From positions 32,001 to 96,000 of IMG/VR virus record IMGVR_UViG_3300042564_002580: 64,000 nucleotides of DNA; one strand, 5' to 3'. Position 1 is the first letter of the stretch, and each line of letters opens with the position of its first letter. Origin of the DNA: a virus. Shown here in pieces: positions 25,962 to 36,100 of the stretch. A model generated the notes under the pieces. That model was given only the letters and a program-made list of their open reading frames with translations. It had not been told where the DNA came from and did not search any database. The position numbers and the translations under genes were made by a program.

Positions 25962-27275
25962 ATGATCATAGAAAAGTCACATTGGTCTTCTAATGGAAAT
26001 GCTATTAATTTATCAGTTCCATTTACGAAGGTCAATAGAGAAAAAAGAACAGTCTCAGGATTCGCAACACTAGATAACCTGGATCAGACTGGTGATGTCG
26101 TTACTCAAGAAGCTAGCATGAAAGCGTTTGAAAGCTTTAGAGGTAATCTAAGAGAAATGCATCAGCCACTTGCAGTAGGCAAGGTAGCATCATTTAGACC
26201 AGAAACTTTTTATGACCCTGCAACAAAAGAATTTTACAATGGTGTTTACGTTGATGCGTACATTTCTAAGGGCGCTCAAGATACTTGGGAAAAGGTTCTA
26301 GACGGAACACTAACAGGATTTTCTATTGGCGGAAAGATTATTGAATCAGATAACGAAGTAAACAAATCAACAGGAGCATCAGTAAGGTTTATTAAAGACT
26401 ATGCGCTAGTTGAACTATCAATCGTTGATTCACCAGCAAATGAACTATGTAACATTTTATCTATTGAAAAAGTAAATGGACAAATGATTTTTAAAGGCAT
26501 CGCAGCAGATGTTAAAATGGAAAATATTTTTTATTGTGCAGAAAGTGATTCTGTATTTATGTCAACAGAATCAGAATACATATCTCCAGTTACTGGTAAA
26601 AAAACAGAACTCATTGGATGGGTGGAATCAAACGACGTAAACAAAGGAAAAGAAATAGAGAAGATTCTTGATTCACGTAGATCAAGATTGCAAACATTGC
26701 CTGAAACACAAAATATAAATACGGCAATTGCAGAAGGAGGAAATGAAGTGGAAAAGCTTAATGTAACAGAAGCAACTCCAGTAGTAGAAGAAGCAGTAGT
26801 AGAAACACCTGCAGAAATTATTGAAGAAGTTGCCCCAGTAGAACAAGATTCTGCTGAAGTTGTAGCTGAAGTAACTTCTGCCGAAGTTCTGGAAAAATCA
26901 GCAGAACTAACAGTTCAGGAATCACCTGACTTTGTTAAAATGCTAGGCGACCTTAAGGGTTTCTTCTCAGAGACTTTGGAAAAGGCCTCTGAGGCAAACG
27001 CTGCTCAGGTTTCAACAATCAAGGAGACAGTCGAAGCTTTTAGCAAGAATGTCGATTTGAGAATTTCAGAATTAGCAGAAAAGCACACAGAACTCTCAAC
27101 AGCAGTTGATTCAATCAAGTCTATCATGGACACAGTTGAAAAAAGAGTAGACGCAGTAGAATCAGACACTGCAATAAAGAAGTCCTCTGACCTTGGCGGG
27201 TCAGCTGGAGTAACAATCAAAAAATCAAAATGGAACGGCACTTTCCTCGGTTCCGTTAGCGAATTAACAAAATAA
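25962..27275 (+). CDS. Prohead protease (HK97-type) fused to acidic/coiled-coil scaffold region
   Basis: VSGFAT..DQTGD, LREMH, GFSIGG, ELSIVDSPAN; Glu-rich C-terminal half. Confidence 0.9.
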   Translation: MIIEKSHWSSNGNAINLSVPFTKVNREKRTVSGFATLDNLDQTGDVVTQEASMKAFESFRGNLREMHQPLAVGKVASFRPETFYDPATKEFYNGVYVDAYISKGAQDTWEKVLDGTLTGFSIGGKIIESDNEVNKSTGASVRFIKDYALVELSIVDSPANELCNILSIEKVNGQMIFKGIAADVKMENIFYCAESDSVFMSTESEYISPVTGKKTELIGWVESNDVNKGKEIEKILDSRRSRLQTLPETQNINTAIAEGGNEVEKLNVTEATPVVEEAVVETPAEIIEEVAPVEQDSAEVVAEVTSAEVLEKSAELTVQESPDFVKMLGDLKGFFSETLEKASEANAAQVSTIKETVEAFSKNVDLRISELAEKHTELSTAVDSIKSIMDTVEKRVDAVESDTAIKKSSDLGGSAGVTIKKSKWNGTFLGSVSELTK

Positions 27276-27294
27276 AGGGTAAGGTGAAAAACTA

Positions 27295-28350
27295 ATGAGT
27301 AATGAACTATTAGCAAAAGCAGCTGAAGCAGGCACAACACTAACAGGTGGAATGACTGGCGCAGCAAACCCTACCGACGGAATTCACGTAGGTTCCGAGG
27401 GTAAGGGAGGTTTGCTCAATCCTGAGCAATCCGCAAGATTCCTCGATTACATGTTCGATGCAACAGTAATCGGTAAAGTAGCACGTACAGTTCGAATGAG
27501 AGCTGACACTACAGAGATTGATCGTATTGGCGTTGGCACAAAGCTTATGAAGCTTGCAGCTGAAGCAGAGAACACTGGCGAAAATGCAGCCGTACAGTTC
27601 TCAAAGATTTCTCTCACAACAAAGAAGCTTCGCCTAGATTGGGAGCTTTCAACTGAGTCTCTAGAAGACAACATTGAAGGTGCAGATCTAGAAGATCACA
27701 TTGCAAGACTTATGGCAACACAGGCTGGTAACGACCTTGAGGACGTAGTCCTTAACGGTAACACAGCTCTAACATCAGATGCACTATACAAGTCATTTGA
27801 CGGTGTTGTTAAGATTGCAAAGGCAAACGGCCATGTAGTAGCTGGAGCAGGCGCAAACGTGTCTCGTGAAATCTTCAACAAGGCTCTTAAGGCTATGCCA
27901 CGTAAGTACAAGCAACGTCGTCCAGACCTACGCTTCCTTGCAGGCTCAAACCTAATTCAAGACTACTTGTACTCAACTTCACAGTTGGGTCAATACGGTT
28001 CTGCTAACCCACAAGATATTGCTTCAAGCATTATCCGTGGAAATGAAGGCGGACTTGGTGGACCTGCAGGATATGTGGCACCATTCGCATTCGGTATTCC
28101 GATTGTTGAAGTTCCACTTCTTTCAGAGACACAAACTGGTACATATGCAACACCAACAGGCTCACATGGAGATGTCCACTTGACATTCCCAAATAACGTA
28201 GTTATTGGTATCAAGCGTGATGTAACTGTTTACCGATTCTTCTGGCCAAAGAAGGACTCAATCGAATATACAATGTATACTCGCGTTGGTACCCAAATTG
28301 AGCAGGCAGACGCATGGGTAGTCGTAAAAGACGTTAAGGTTGCTTCTTAA
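27295..28350 (+). CDS. Major capsid protein (HK97 fold)
   Basis: Position after protease; GGLLNPEQ..F, ELSTESLEDNIEG, LNGN, FGIPIVEVP; biased codons; terminator follows. Confidence 0.92.
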   Translation: MSNELLAKAAEAGTTLTGGMTGAANPTDGIHVGSEGKGGLLNPEQSARFLDYMFDATVIGKVARTVRMRADTTEIDRIGVGTKLMKLAAEAENTGENAAVQFSKISLTTKKLRLDWELSTESLEDNIEGADLEDHIARLMATQAGNDLEDVVLNGNTALTSDALYKSFDGVVKIAKANGHVVAGAGANVSREIFNKALKAMPRKYKQRRPDLRFLAGSNLIQDYLYSTSQLGQYGSANPQDIASSIIRGNEGGLGGPAGYVAPFAFGIPIVEVPLLSETQTGTYATPTGSHGDVHLTFPNNVVIGIKRDVTVYRFFWPKKDSIEYTMYTRVGTQIEQADAWVVVKDVKVAS

Positions 28351-28370
28351 TTTAAGAAATAACTTGCTGG

Positions 28371-28400
28371 AAAGGCCCCCAATTAATTTTGGGGGCTTTT
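28371..28400 (+). terminator. Intrinsic terminator after capsid gene
   Basis: GCCCCCAA...TTGGGGGC followed by TTTT. Confidence 0.85.
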
Positions 28401-28450
28401 CATTTTAATTTTCTAGTGCTATAATTTATATACATACCAAAGGAGTATAT

Positions 28451-28849
28451 ATGTCATTTGACACACTTAAGGTCAAGGATCTAAAGACATTAGCAGCAAA
28501 CTTTGCAGTTGATGTCGATGGACTAAAAAATAAAGCAGATGTAATTGCGGCACTTGCAGAAGAGGGAGTTACTTGGTCAGTTTACCAAGGAACACTCAAG
28601 AATATTGAAAGCGCAAAAGAAGATGCAGACGAGATTCTTCCTAGACTGGATCCAAATCAAAAAATTGATGAAGATATGATTCTAGTAAAGATGGACAGAC
28701 CAAATGCTAGATATGATGCCCTAGGCTTTACATTTACAAGAGATCATCCATTTGTAGCAATGAAGCCCGATGTGGCTCAAGAAATTTTTGATAAGGAGGA
28801 AGGGTTTAGATTAGCTACCCCTAGAGAAGTACAGGAGTACTACAACTAA
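28451..28849 (+). CDS. Head-associated protein with N-terminal helix-extension-helix-like motif
   Basis: LKVKDLK.LA...GLKNKADVIAAL; position. Confidence 0.55.
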   Translation: MSFDTLKVKDLKTLAANFAVDVDGLKNKADVIAALAEEGVTWSVYQGTLKNIESAKEDADEILPRLDPNQKIDEDMILVKMDRPNARYDALGFTFTRDHPFVAMKPDVAQEIFDKEEGFRLATPREVQEYYN

Positions 28850-28858
28850 GCCTAACAA

Positions 28859-29842
28859 ATGGCAGAGATATATGTAAACACAAGCACACCTGCAACAACA
28901 AAGATTTATGTAAAGGGTGAGGCTGTAACACCTAGCTCTCCAGTAACTGTCAAAGTTTATGACATAACTGGAGACCCAGTCATATCTCCACCAATTAATC
29001 CAACATCAATACTTGCAACCATTACAGCTGAGCAAAGCGAGGTTGATATAGGATCCTATAGCGTTTATCTACCACTATCGTACACAGCAAGAACAAGAAA
29101 GTTTAAGCTGGTATGGGAATGGCAGTATGAAGGCTCTTCCTATTCTAATACAACGATGCTTGATATTGTAACCCCGTATGTAGATATACAGGAGGCTGCA
29201 CAAGAAATGGGATTGGGTTCAGATTCTAATGATCCAAATCACAAGACATATCAAGAACTTAAGCTTGCTGAAAGATATGCAAGAAATATAATTGATGGAT
29301 ATACTGGTCAAAAGTTTTTCCTACACGATGATTATTTTTCTTCAGTAGGAAATGATTCTGACACTATGCCTCTTACCAAAAAAGTAAATAGACTGCACAC
29401 CCTTCACGCAAATGATCAGCTTCTTATTGATAATTTAAATGAAGTTAATAACCTTGGCTTGACCGTAGATATTACTACAAGCGGTTTTGGGCTAAAGGTA
29501 AATATAGCATCTATTTTAGATAATGATGTTTATATAGCTAACGGAATGATCCCTCCATCAATTCACGACTCTTCTCCAGATATATTTAGAAGGTCTAAGA
29601 ATTATAAAGTCTACGCTAGATTTGGTTGGGAATATGTTCCAAACGAGGTTCGTGACGCAGCTGTAGAAATAATGAAGATGTACTTTGCAAAAGATCGTGT
29701 CTGGAAAGACAGATATGTTAAAAAGGTCTCCACGACAGACTGGGACTTTGAATATTCTTCAGAAGCATTTAGTGGAACTGGCTCTTCATACGCAGACAAA
29801 CTACTTGCAGACTATGTAATAACACAAATGGTTCTGGTGTAA
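28859..29842 (+). CDS. Head-tail adaptor
   Basis: AR.IIDGYTGQKF and FGWEYVPNEVRDAA adaptor patterns. Confidence 0.7.
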   Translation: MAEIYVNTSTPATTKIYVKGEAVTPSSPVTVKVYDITGDPVISPPINPTSILATITAEQSEVDIGSYSVYLPLSYTARTRKFKLVWEWQYEGSSYSNTTMLDIVTPYVDIQEAAQEMGLGSDSNDPNHKTYQELKLAERYARNIIDGYTGQKFFLHDDYFSSVGNDSDTMPLTKKVNRLHTLHANDQLLIDNLNEVNNLGLTVDITTSGFGLKVNIASILDNDVYIANGMIPPSIHDSSPDIFRRSKNYKVYARFGWEYVPNEVRDAAVEIMKMYFAKDRVWKDRYVKKVSTTDWDFEYSSEAFSGTGSSYADKLLADYVITQMVLV

Positions 29843-30267
29843 TGTTTGACTTAGTAGACGGCCTCATGACCATGAAGATGGACGTATATCGACAAACTGA
29901 GCAGCAGGATAAAGATACTGGCGCAATGATAAGGGAGTTTTCTTTTATAAAAACAATTGATTGCTATGCTAGAGGAGTAATTACTGAAAGCAGAAACAGG
30001 TCTAATGATAGCCAGAAGTTTTCAAATAAATATTCAAATAACCAATACATCGAGGCTAGAACATCCGACAGGCTAACTGCAAGAGATAAGGTTAAGAATA
30101 TCCGAGATGTAAATGGAAAGCCTATCTGGTACGAGCTAAACTATCCAAGCGATACAGATACAGTTTTTGATGTTGTAGGAACTACACCAATATCAGACCC
30201 ATTTGGAAATGTTGTAGGATATAACTCTTCATTACAAAGAGCGGAGAATCAGCAAATTGGCATCTGA
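29842..30267 (+). CDS. Head closure/stopper protein
   Basis: Size, synteny and beta-rich composition. Confidence 0.6.
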   Translation: MFDLVDGLMTMKMDVYRQTEQQDKDTGAMIREFSFIKTIDCYARGVITESRNRSNDSQKFSNKYSNNQYIEARTSDRLTARDKVKNIRDVNGKPIWYELNYPSDTDTVFDVVGTTPISDPFGNVVGYNSSLQRAENQQIGI

Positions 30268-31048
30268 AGTTTTAGCAATTAAAGCAGCAAGCGGATTAGT
30301 TAACCTTATGGCTAATAAGCCAGTAAGTGGTGCAATAAAAGATAGCACAGTTGCACAGATATCTGCTGCATTGTTTTATAAAACAAATGTCATGGCCAAG
30401 CTTGCAGAGAATCCTCAATTTCAATCTGCATTTAGAAATGTAATCTTTGATCAACTTCAGGTTGATTTTGGAGACTATGTGGACGCTAAGGCAAGAACAG
30501 CCCCTAAATCTTTTCACCATGTTTATGAATGGGGTAGAATAGGCGATGATCAGGCCAGACTATTCAAGTTGAAGCAGCTACCAGCCGATGGCCTTTCGCT
30601 AAAAGTTAATTATGAATTAACAGACTCTAAATCATTTGTGCCTTCTGAAAACTCTAACAATAAGCATGTGTTTGTTAAGAAAGCTTCAGTTATGGAAGAG
30701 GGAAAAACCGTAGTTATTTCTCCAAGATTTTCTGAAAGGCTTGTATTTGATGTTGATGGATACACAATATTTATGCCAAAGGGAGAATCTGTTACTGTGA
30801 AAAAACCAGGAGGAGCGGCAACTAAAAATGCATTCTTTGCACAATATAGATACTTCTTTACTGGACAGCTTGTTAACATGTCTATAAAAAAATCGGGATT
30901 CCAAAGACTATTTAATTCATCATTGTCTAGAGCATTAGGTGTACCAGCACAAGTTAAATCAGTTAAGTATAGCTTCTCTCCAAATCAATTGGCAAATGAA
31001 GCAGAAATTGCAACATCAGCAGCATTTGCGAGGTTAGTAAATGGCTAA
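30257..31048 (+). CDS. Neck/tail completion protein
   Basis: Synteny; HHVYEW motif. Confidence 0.5.
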   Translation: MASEVLAIKAASGLVNLMANKPVSGAIKDSTVAQISAALFYKTNVMAKLAENPQFQSAFRNVIFDQLQVDFGDYVDAKARTAPKSFHHVYEWGRIGDDQARLFKLKQLPADGLSLKVNYELTDSKSFVPSENSNNKHVFVKKASVMEEGKTVVISPRFSERLVFDVDGYTIFMPKGESVTVKKPGGAATKNAFFAQYRYFFTGQLVNMSIKKSGFQRLFNSSLSRALGVPAQVKSVKYSFSPNQLANEAEIATSAAFARLVNG

Positions 31049-31550
31049 TTATAAACTAGATGCGATGTTTGAAATAAGAAAGTTTTTGTGGAATAGACTC
31101 ACATGGCTTGGCATATTTGATGAAGAAAACTATTATTCAGATAATCTAAATGAGACTCTTGTGCCAATTGTCCCAGTCCAGCAACAGCCAGAGATGAATC
31201 AGTTCCTTAGCGGAAAGAAGCATATAGTCTATGACAAGGTTGGAATGTCATATGAGAACAACTGGATGATATGCTGCGAACAAATACTTCTTACCCTATA
31301 TTCACCAGACCTTCTTGATATTGTTGAGATAAGAAACTTCCTTACTGATGAATTTAGAAGAATGGATGAGTCTGCCAAGGATGTAAATAAATGGGCGGGG
31401 CTATCAGATAAATTCAAGTTCCATAGCATCCATATAGCAGACATATCATCTACAGCCCCATCAGAAGAGATACAAGGCTTCTATGCAGCAGATGTAATAT
31501 TAGAGGTAAAATACTCAAGAATAACTAATGGCCAAGGAAGATTTGCTTAA
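31041..31550 (+). CDS. Tail terminator-like protein
   Basis: Size and position immediately before the major tail gene. Confidence 0.55.
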   Translation: MANYKLDAMFEIRKFLWNRLTWLGIFDEENYYSDNLNETLVPIVPVQQQPEMNQFLSGKKHIVYDKVGMSYENNWMICCEQILLTLYSPDLLDIVEIRNFLTDEFRRMDESAKDVNKWAGLSDKFKFHSIHIADISSTAPSEEIQGFYAADVILEVKYSRITNGQGRFA

Positions 31551-31551
31551 T

Positions 31552-31580
31552 TTGCCTTTTATACCTTAGTAGAGTAAAAT
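31552..31580 (+). promoter_or_regulatory. Promoter TTGCCT-17-TAAAAT for major tail gene
   Basis: Consensus match and spacing. Confidence 0.6.
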
Positions 31581-31651
31581 TAGAACAGAGGAAAGGGCCT
31601 AGCCAGCCACATATATATATATTAATTTCATGAAATGAAGGAGAAATAACA

Positions 31652-32419
31652 ATGGCACAAAACATTGGAAATGCAAAAAACATTCTTGTTGGTGCATCAC
31701 CGCTATTCTTGTCTGTAGACGATTCTACAGTTTCAGGATACGATGACAGCATGGAGGCAGGACAAGCAAACGCAGGAACAGCAGCAGTTGGTGCAGTAAA
31801 GCCATCCACTCTAGTACCAGCATTTGCATCAGGAGTTTCTTACACAGATACTCTAAACGGAGCAACACCAAATAAAGCAGGTGGCGTTACAGCAGCAGCC
31901 TACCGCAACGTAGGTTTTACAAACAACGGTCTTCAGATCAGCTACCAGCCAACATTCGATTCAGTAACTGTTGATCAGTTGCTCGATACAGCTAAGCTAT
32001 TTAAGTCTGCGATGATGGTTCAAATTTCAACAGAAATGGCAGAAGGCACACTAGAAAATATCCTAGCGGTATTTGGCCAGAAGCAAAACACATTGACAGA
32101 GAAAAAGGGTGGAACACCAGAAGCAGTTCTAACAGGACTAGCAGCAGAAGACCACCTTGGACTAGAAGCAGGTGCACTTGGTGCAGCTCCAACAGAGCGT
32201 CAGCTAATTGCAGTTGGTCAGGCTCCAACATCAGAAGCAACAGCAACAGAGCGTGTATACTATGCACGTCGTGTTCTATCTGTTGAGCAGTCACAGTTCT
32301 CTTTGGCTCGCACAGCAGCAACAACATTCCCAGTAACATTCCGTTTGCTACCATCAGGTAACTCAGACCACATTGGTTCAGAGTACGGTAAGATTATTGA
32401 CCGAGTTCTAGCAGTTTAA
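31652..32419 (+). CDS. Major tail tube protein
   Basis: NILVGA, VGFTNNGLQISYQP, VDQL, AEGTLEN, FPVTFRLLP; strong SD; biased codons. Confidence 0.85.
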   Translation: MAQNIGNAKNILVGASPLFLSVDDSTVSGYDDSMEAGQANAGTAAVGAVKPSTLVPAFASGVSYTDTLNGATPNKAGGVTAAAYRNVGFTNNGLQISYQPTFDSVTVDQLLDTAKLFKSAMMVQISTEMAEGTLENILAVFGQKQNTLTEKKGGTPEAVLTGLAAEDHLGLEAGALGAAPTERQLIAVGQAPTSEATATERVYYARRVLSVEQSQFSLARTAATTFPVTFRLLPSGNSDHIGSEYGKIIDRVLAV

Positions 32420-32438
32420 TTATATTAATAATTAATAT

Positions 32439-32466
32439 CAAAGCCCCCAAGAAATTGGGGGCTTTG
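32439..32466 (+). terminator. Intrinsic terminator after major tail gene
   Basis: CAAAGCCCCCAA-gaaa-TTGGGGGCTTTG. Confidence 0.85.
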
Positions 32467-32526
32467 CTGTTGTACCCGTATAATGGTTATGCTATAATAA
32501 TTTAGACGATCCTTAAGGAGGATAAA

Positions 32527-32859
32527 TTGGCAAGTACAGTATATGATGTAGAAGAGATTGAACTACAAAGCGGAGCTAAAGTAAAGCTCAAGCCATTATC
32601 AATCAAGCAGCTACGAAAGTTTATGGAAGTAATTAAGAAAGTACAAGACGCAGAAGACGAGACTGCAACACTTGGCATTTTGGTTGAAGCATGTGGAGTA
32701 GCATTAGAAACTCAACTGCCAGATCTAGTTGCCGATCTTGACAAGCTCGAAGATGCATTGGATGTTCCAACAATTAACAGAATCCTTGAAGTTTGCGGAG
32801 GAATTAAGATGGACGACCCAAACCTAATAGCGGCAGCGGTACTGGCTGGTCAGAACTAG
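32527..32859 (+). CDS. Tail assembly chaperone (lambda gpG analogue)
   Basis: Between tube and tape measure genes; slippery site near the 3' end. Confidence 0.8.
   Translation: MASTVYDVEEIELQSGAKVKLKPLSIKQLRKFMEVIKKVQDAEDETATLGILVEACGVALETQLPDLVADLDKLEDALDVPTINRILEVCGGIKMDDPNLIAAAVLAGQN
32817..32823 (+). other. Programmed -1 frameshift heptamer C CCA AAC
   Basis: X XXY YYZ form in the correct phase; -1 frame is open to 33197 and in frame with ORF 32937..33197. Confidence 0.8.
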
Positions 32860-33197
32860 ATTTAGCCGCTTTAGAGGGCCAAGTTTTTCTTTTAGGACAT
32901 TGGAAGAATTACGAGGAGTTAGAAGAGAATTTATCAATGCCAGAATTGATTCAGACAATAACTGCAATCAATCAAAAAGAACATAACCAGAGAAAGTTTG
33001 CAGCATCACTAAAAGGAATCCAATTAGATGATGATGCAGAAGAAGAAAAAGAAAAAGGTTCTACCTTTGAGGATATCCAAAGAAGAGCCCTTGGAATTAA
33101 AGCATCAGCAGATGATGTTGTTGGTTTACAAGGACCCTTCGCAGCACAAGCTGGATTTGGAATTGGCGCAGGGTTAGGATACTCTAGGAGTAATTAG
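32817..33197 (+). CDS. Frameshifted extension of tail chaperone (gpGT analogue, about 223 aa in total)
   Basis: -1 frame reads PKPNSGSGTGWSELDLAALEGQVFLLGHWKNYEELEENLSMPEL... Confidence 0.75.
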   Translation, partial: PKPNSGSGTGWSELDLAALEGQVFLLGHWKNYEELEENLSMPELIQTITAINQKEHNQRKFAASLKGIQLDDDAEEEKEKGSTFEDIQRRALGIKASADDVVGLQGPFAAQAGFGIGAGLGYSRSN

Positions 33198-36100
33198 TGG
33201 CTGACGAACAAATTGTAACCAGTATAGTCGCCAAAGCCGACTTATCTAGCCTTGTGTCTGAAGTACACAGGGCTAGTTCTAGTCTCCAACAATTACAAAG
33301 AGAGTTGCTTGCATCTAACAAGGCAATCTCTGCTTCAACAAAATTAGCAAACAACTTATTTAGAGATACTTTAACTAGTAGCGGACAGTTCTCTAGTCAC
33401 TTCGTAAACCTTAATTCAGATGTAGATAAGTTTGGTAAAAACTTAGATGCTGGTAGATTAAAGCTAAAAAACTATTTCCAGACATTTAGAGAACACGCTA
33501 CAACGCAAAAGGGAATGATCAGAGAGCTTGCCAAAGAACAGGTAATGCTTCAGAATTCAGTGCTGCAGCCATTAGGCAGAAATGCTCAAGGCTTAATGCA
33601 GTACAACGTTATGATCCCAAGAGGATTAGATGCTGTAAAGAATAGTGCACAGCTGGCTCGTATGGAGCTGCAGATAATGAATCGTGCACTATCTGAAGGA
33701 GCTGGATCTTTAATTAACTGGGGTAAAAATACTCAGTGGGCAGGTCGTCAGCTTACAGTTGGACTTACAGTTCCTCTAACGATGTTTGGTTCTGCCGCAG
33801 GAAAAGCATTTAGAGAAGCAGATCAAGAGCTAGTAAGACTTACAAAGGTTTATGGTGGATTAGCTGCAACATCTGCAGCAGATTTAAAAGCAATTAGAGA
33901 AGAAGTAGTACAAACAGCAAAAACTTTATCTCAAACAATGGGTGCATCTTTTAAAGACACTATTGCTTTAGGTGCTGATATTGCAGCAACTGGAAAAATG
34001 GGCAACGATCTATTAGGCTCAATAGAAGAGACAACAAGACTGTCCATCCTGGGTGAAGTAGATAGACAAGATGCGATGAAGGCTACACTTTCGATTCAAA
34101 CCGCATTTAAGCAGAACACAGAACAACTTACAGAATCAATTAACTTTCTTAACGCAGTTGAAAACCAGACGTCTACAACTCTTAACGATTTAGTAGAAGC
34201 TATTCCAAAAGCTGGTCCAGTTATACAGCAACTAGGCGGAAGCATTGAAGATTTAGCTTTATACATGACAGCAATGAGAGAAGGCGGTATCAATGCATCT
34301 GAAGGAGCAAACGCATTAAAGTCAGGACTTGCTTCATTAATTAACCCAACAAAGCAAACAGTTGGAATGATGTCAGATTTTGGCATAGATGTAATGGGAA
34401 TGGTTGCAAAAAATACTGGAAACACAACTGGTCTATTAATAGATTTGCAGGGAGCGCTAGATAAGCTAGATCCACTAAGCAAGGCAAGAGCACTAGAGCA
34501 AATGTTTGGTAAGTTCCAGTTTGCAAGAATGAGCGCATTGCTTAACAACCTTGGAAAAGAAGGAAGCCAGACCCTTCAAGTTATGGATCTTATGAAAGCA
34601 AGTACTTCAGATTTGGCGGGAATAGCAGAGCGAGAATTAGGAATGATTACAGAGTCTGCATCTGGTAAATATAGAAAAGCAATTGAGACTCTCAAAGCCA
34701 CTCTGGCGGAAGTTGGAGAAGAGTTTTTAGGTGTTGCTACTAAAATTATAAATGCTGCATCAAAAATATTAGACTTTTTTACTAACCTTCCTAGCCCAAT
34801 TAAAAAAGCTCTTACATTTATGGCAGGATTTACAGCATTAGTAGGTCCACTTATTATGTTAACTGGTGTGCTTGCAAACTTCTTCGGATATATAACAAAA
34901 GGAATAGTCCAACTTAGATCTTTCTTTATGAGAGCAAATGGTTGGAAAATGCTTACGCCAGAAATTATTGCTGCTCAAAAAGCAGCAGAGATGGTTGAAA
35001 ACGCATTCTATTCAGATGCAGCAGCAGCTCAAGTTCTACACAATGCCTTACAGAAGCTTGTTTTAGATTATCAAAATCTTCAGGCTGCATCAATGAAGAA
35101 TGCAGTCCCAGTAAATCCAGGAGTTACCACGGTTGCTGGAAATACAATTGTTGCAGCGGGAAGAAGAGTTGTAGATCCTAACGATCCATATGTTGGCGAT
35201 CCTAATACTAGAGCGATGTCTCACATTAGACCGAGAGATCCCAATGCTCCAGCAACTTTATTTGGCGGAGTCCCAGGAGCTATACCAGTAAATAGAGGAA
35301 TATCAAGAACTCCTCAAATTTATATGAACGATAGGCTTCCAAACATTGAAGGATTAACAAGTGTAAAAGGAATATCTACAGGAATTGTTGCCCCAGAAGC
35401 AGCTAAATTCCATGCGCTTATGGCAACTCTTGGTATGCAAACAGAGCAGGAAGTTGCAATGCTAAAGAAAACAATTGCAATGGGTGGAACTGTAAGTAGA
35501 GAGCTACTTGATACATTTGATGACATTCTACCTATAACACAAAGATTTGCAAATAGCGCAGCAGAACAATCGGCCCTAATAGTTCAACAAATGAGAAATG
35601 CAGAAATAACTGTTGATCAAGCAAAGGCAAGGATACTGGCACTCAATGCACAAATAGAAGCAGATATGGGCGCAGCTGTAAGCATGTATGCAGCTGGTAA
35701 AGGAAGATCAATAGATTTAACAAAAGCTCCTATGATGAATCAGCCAGTTGTTGATGCTAACGGACAATTTACATTAAGAGATTTATACAAAAAAGAATCT
35801 AACAGAACAGTAATGGAAGAGTTTGGAAGAGTGCGTGGAGTTAGAACATTTGGCGCACCGTATAGCATTCAAACAACAAGACTGCCTAAGTTTAATGAAG
35901 GTGGAGGAGTCGAAGATTTTGGTCCAGGGAAGACCATGGTTTCTGGACCGTCTTCAATTAATTATGACGACAGGCTGGGTAGCGTTCCAATCGGAGGCTA
36001 TGTACTAAATCAATCTGCTTCAATGGACCCAGCAAATGCTCCACTTGTTGAAATGGCTGCAGCTACATATGAAGACGGCGGAAAAATAACAGCAGCACTT

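Noticed and set aside
31612-31623. (TA)n run upstream of the major tail gene
   Set aside because: Short and unremarkable in AT-rich DNA; no evidence of phase variation
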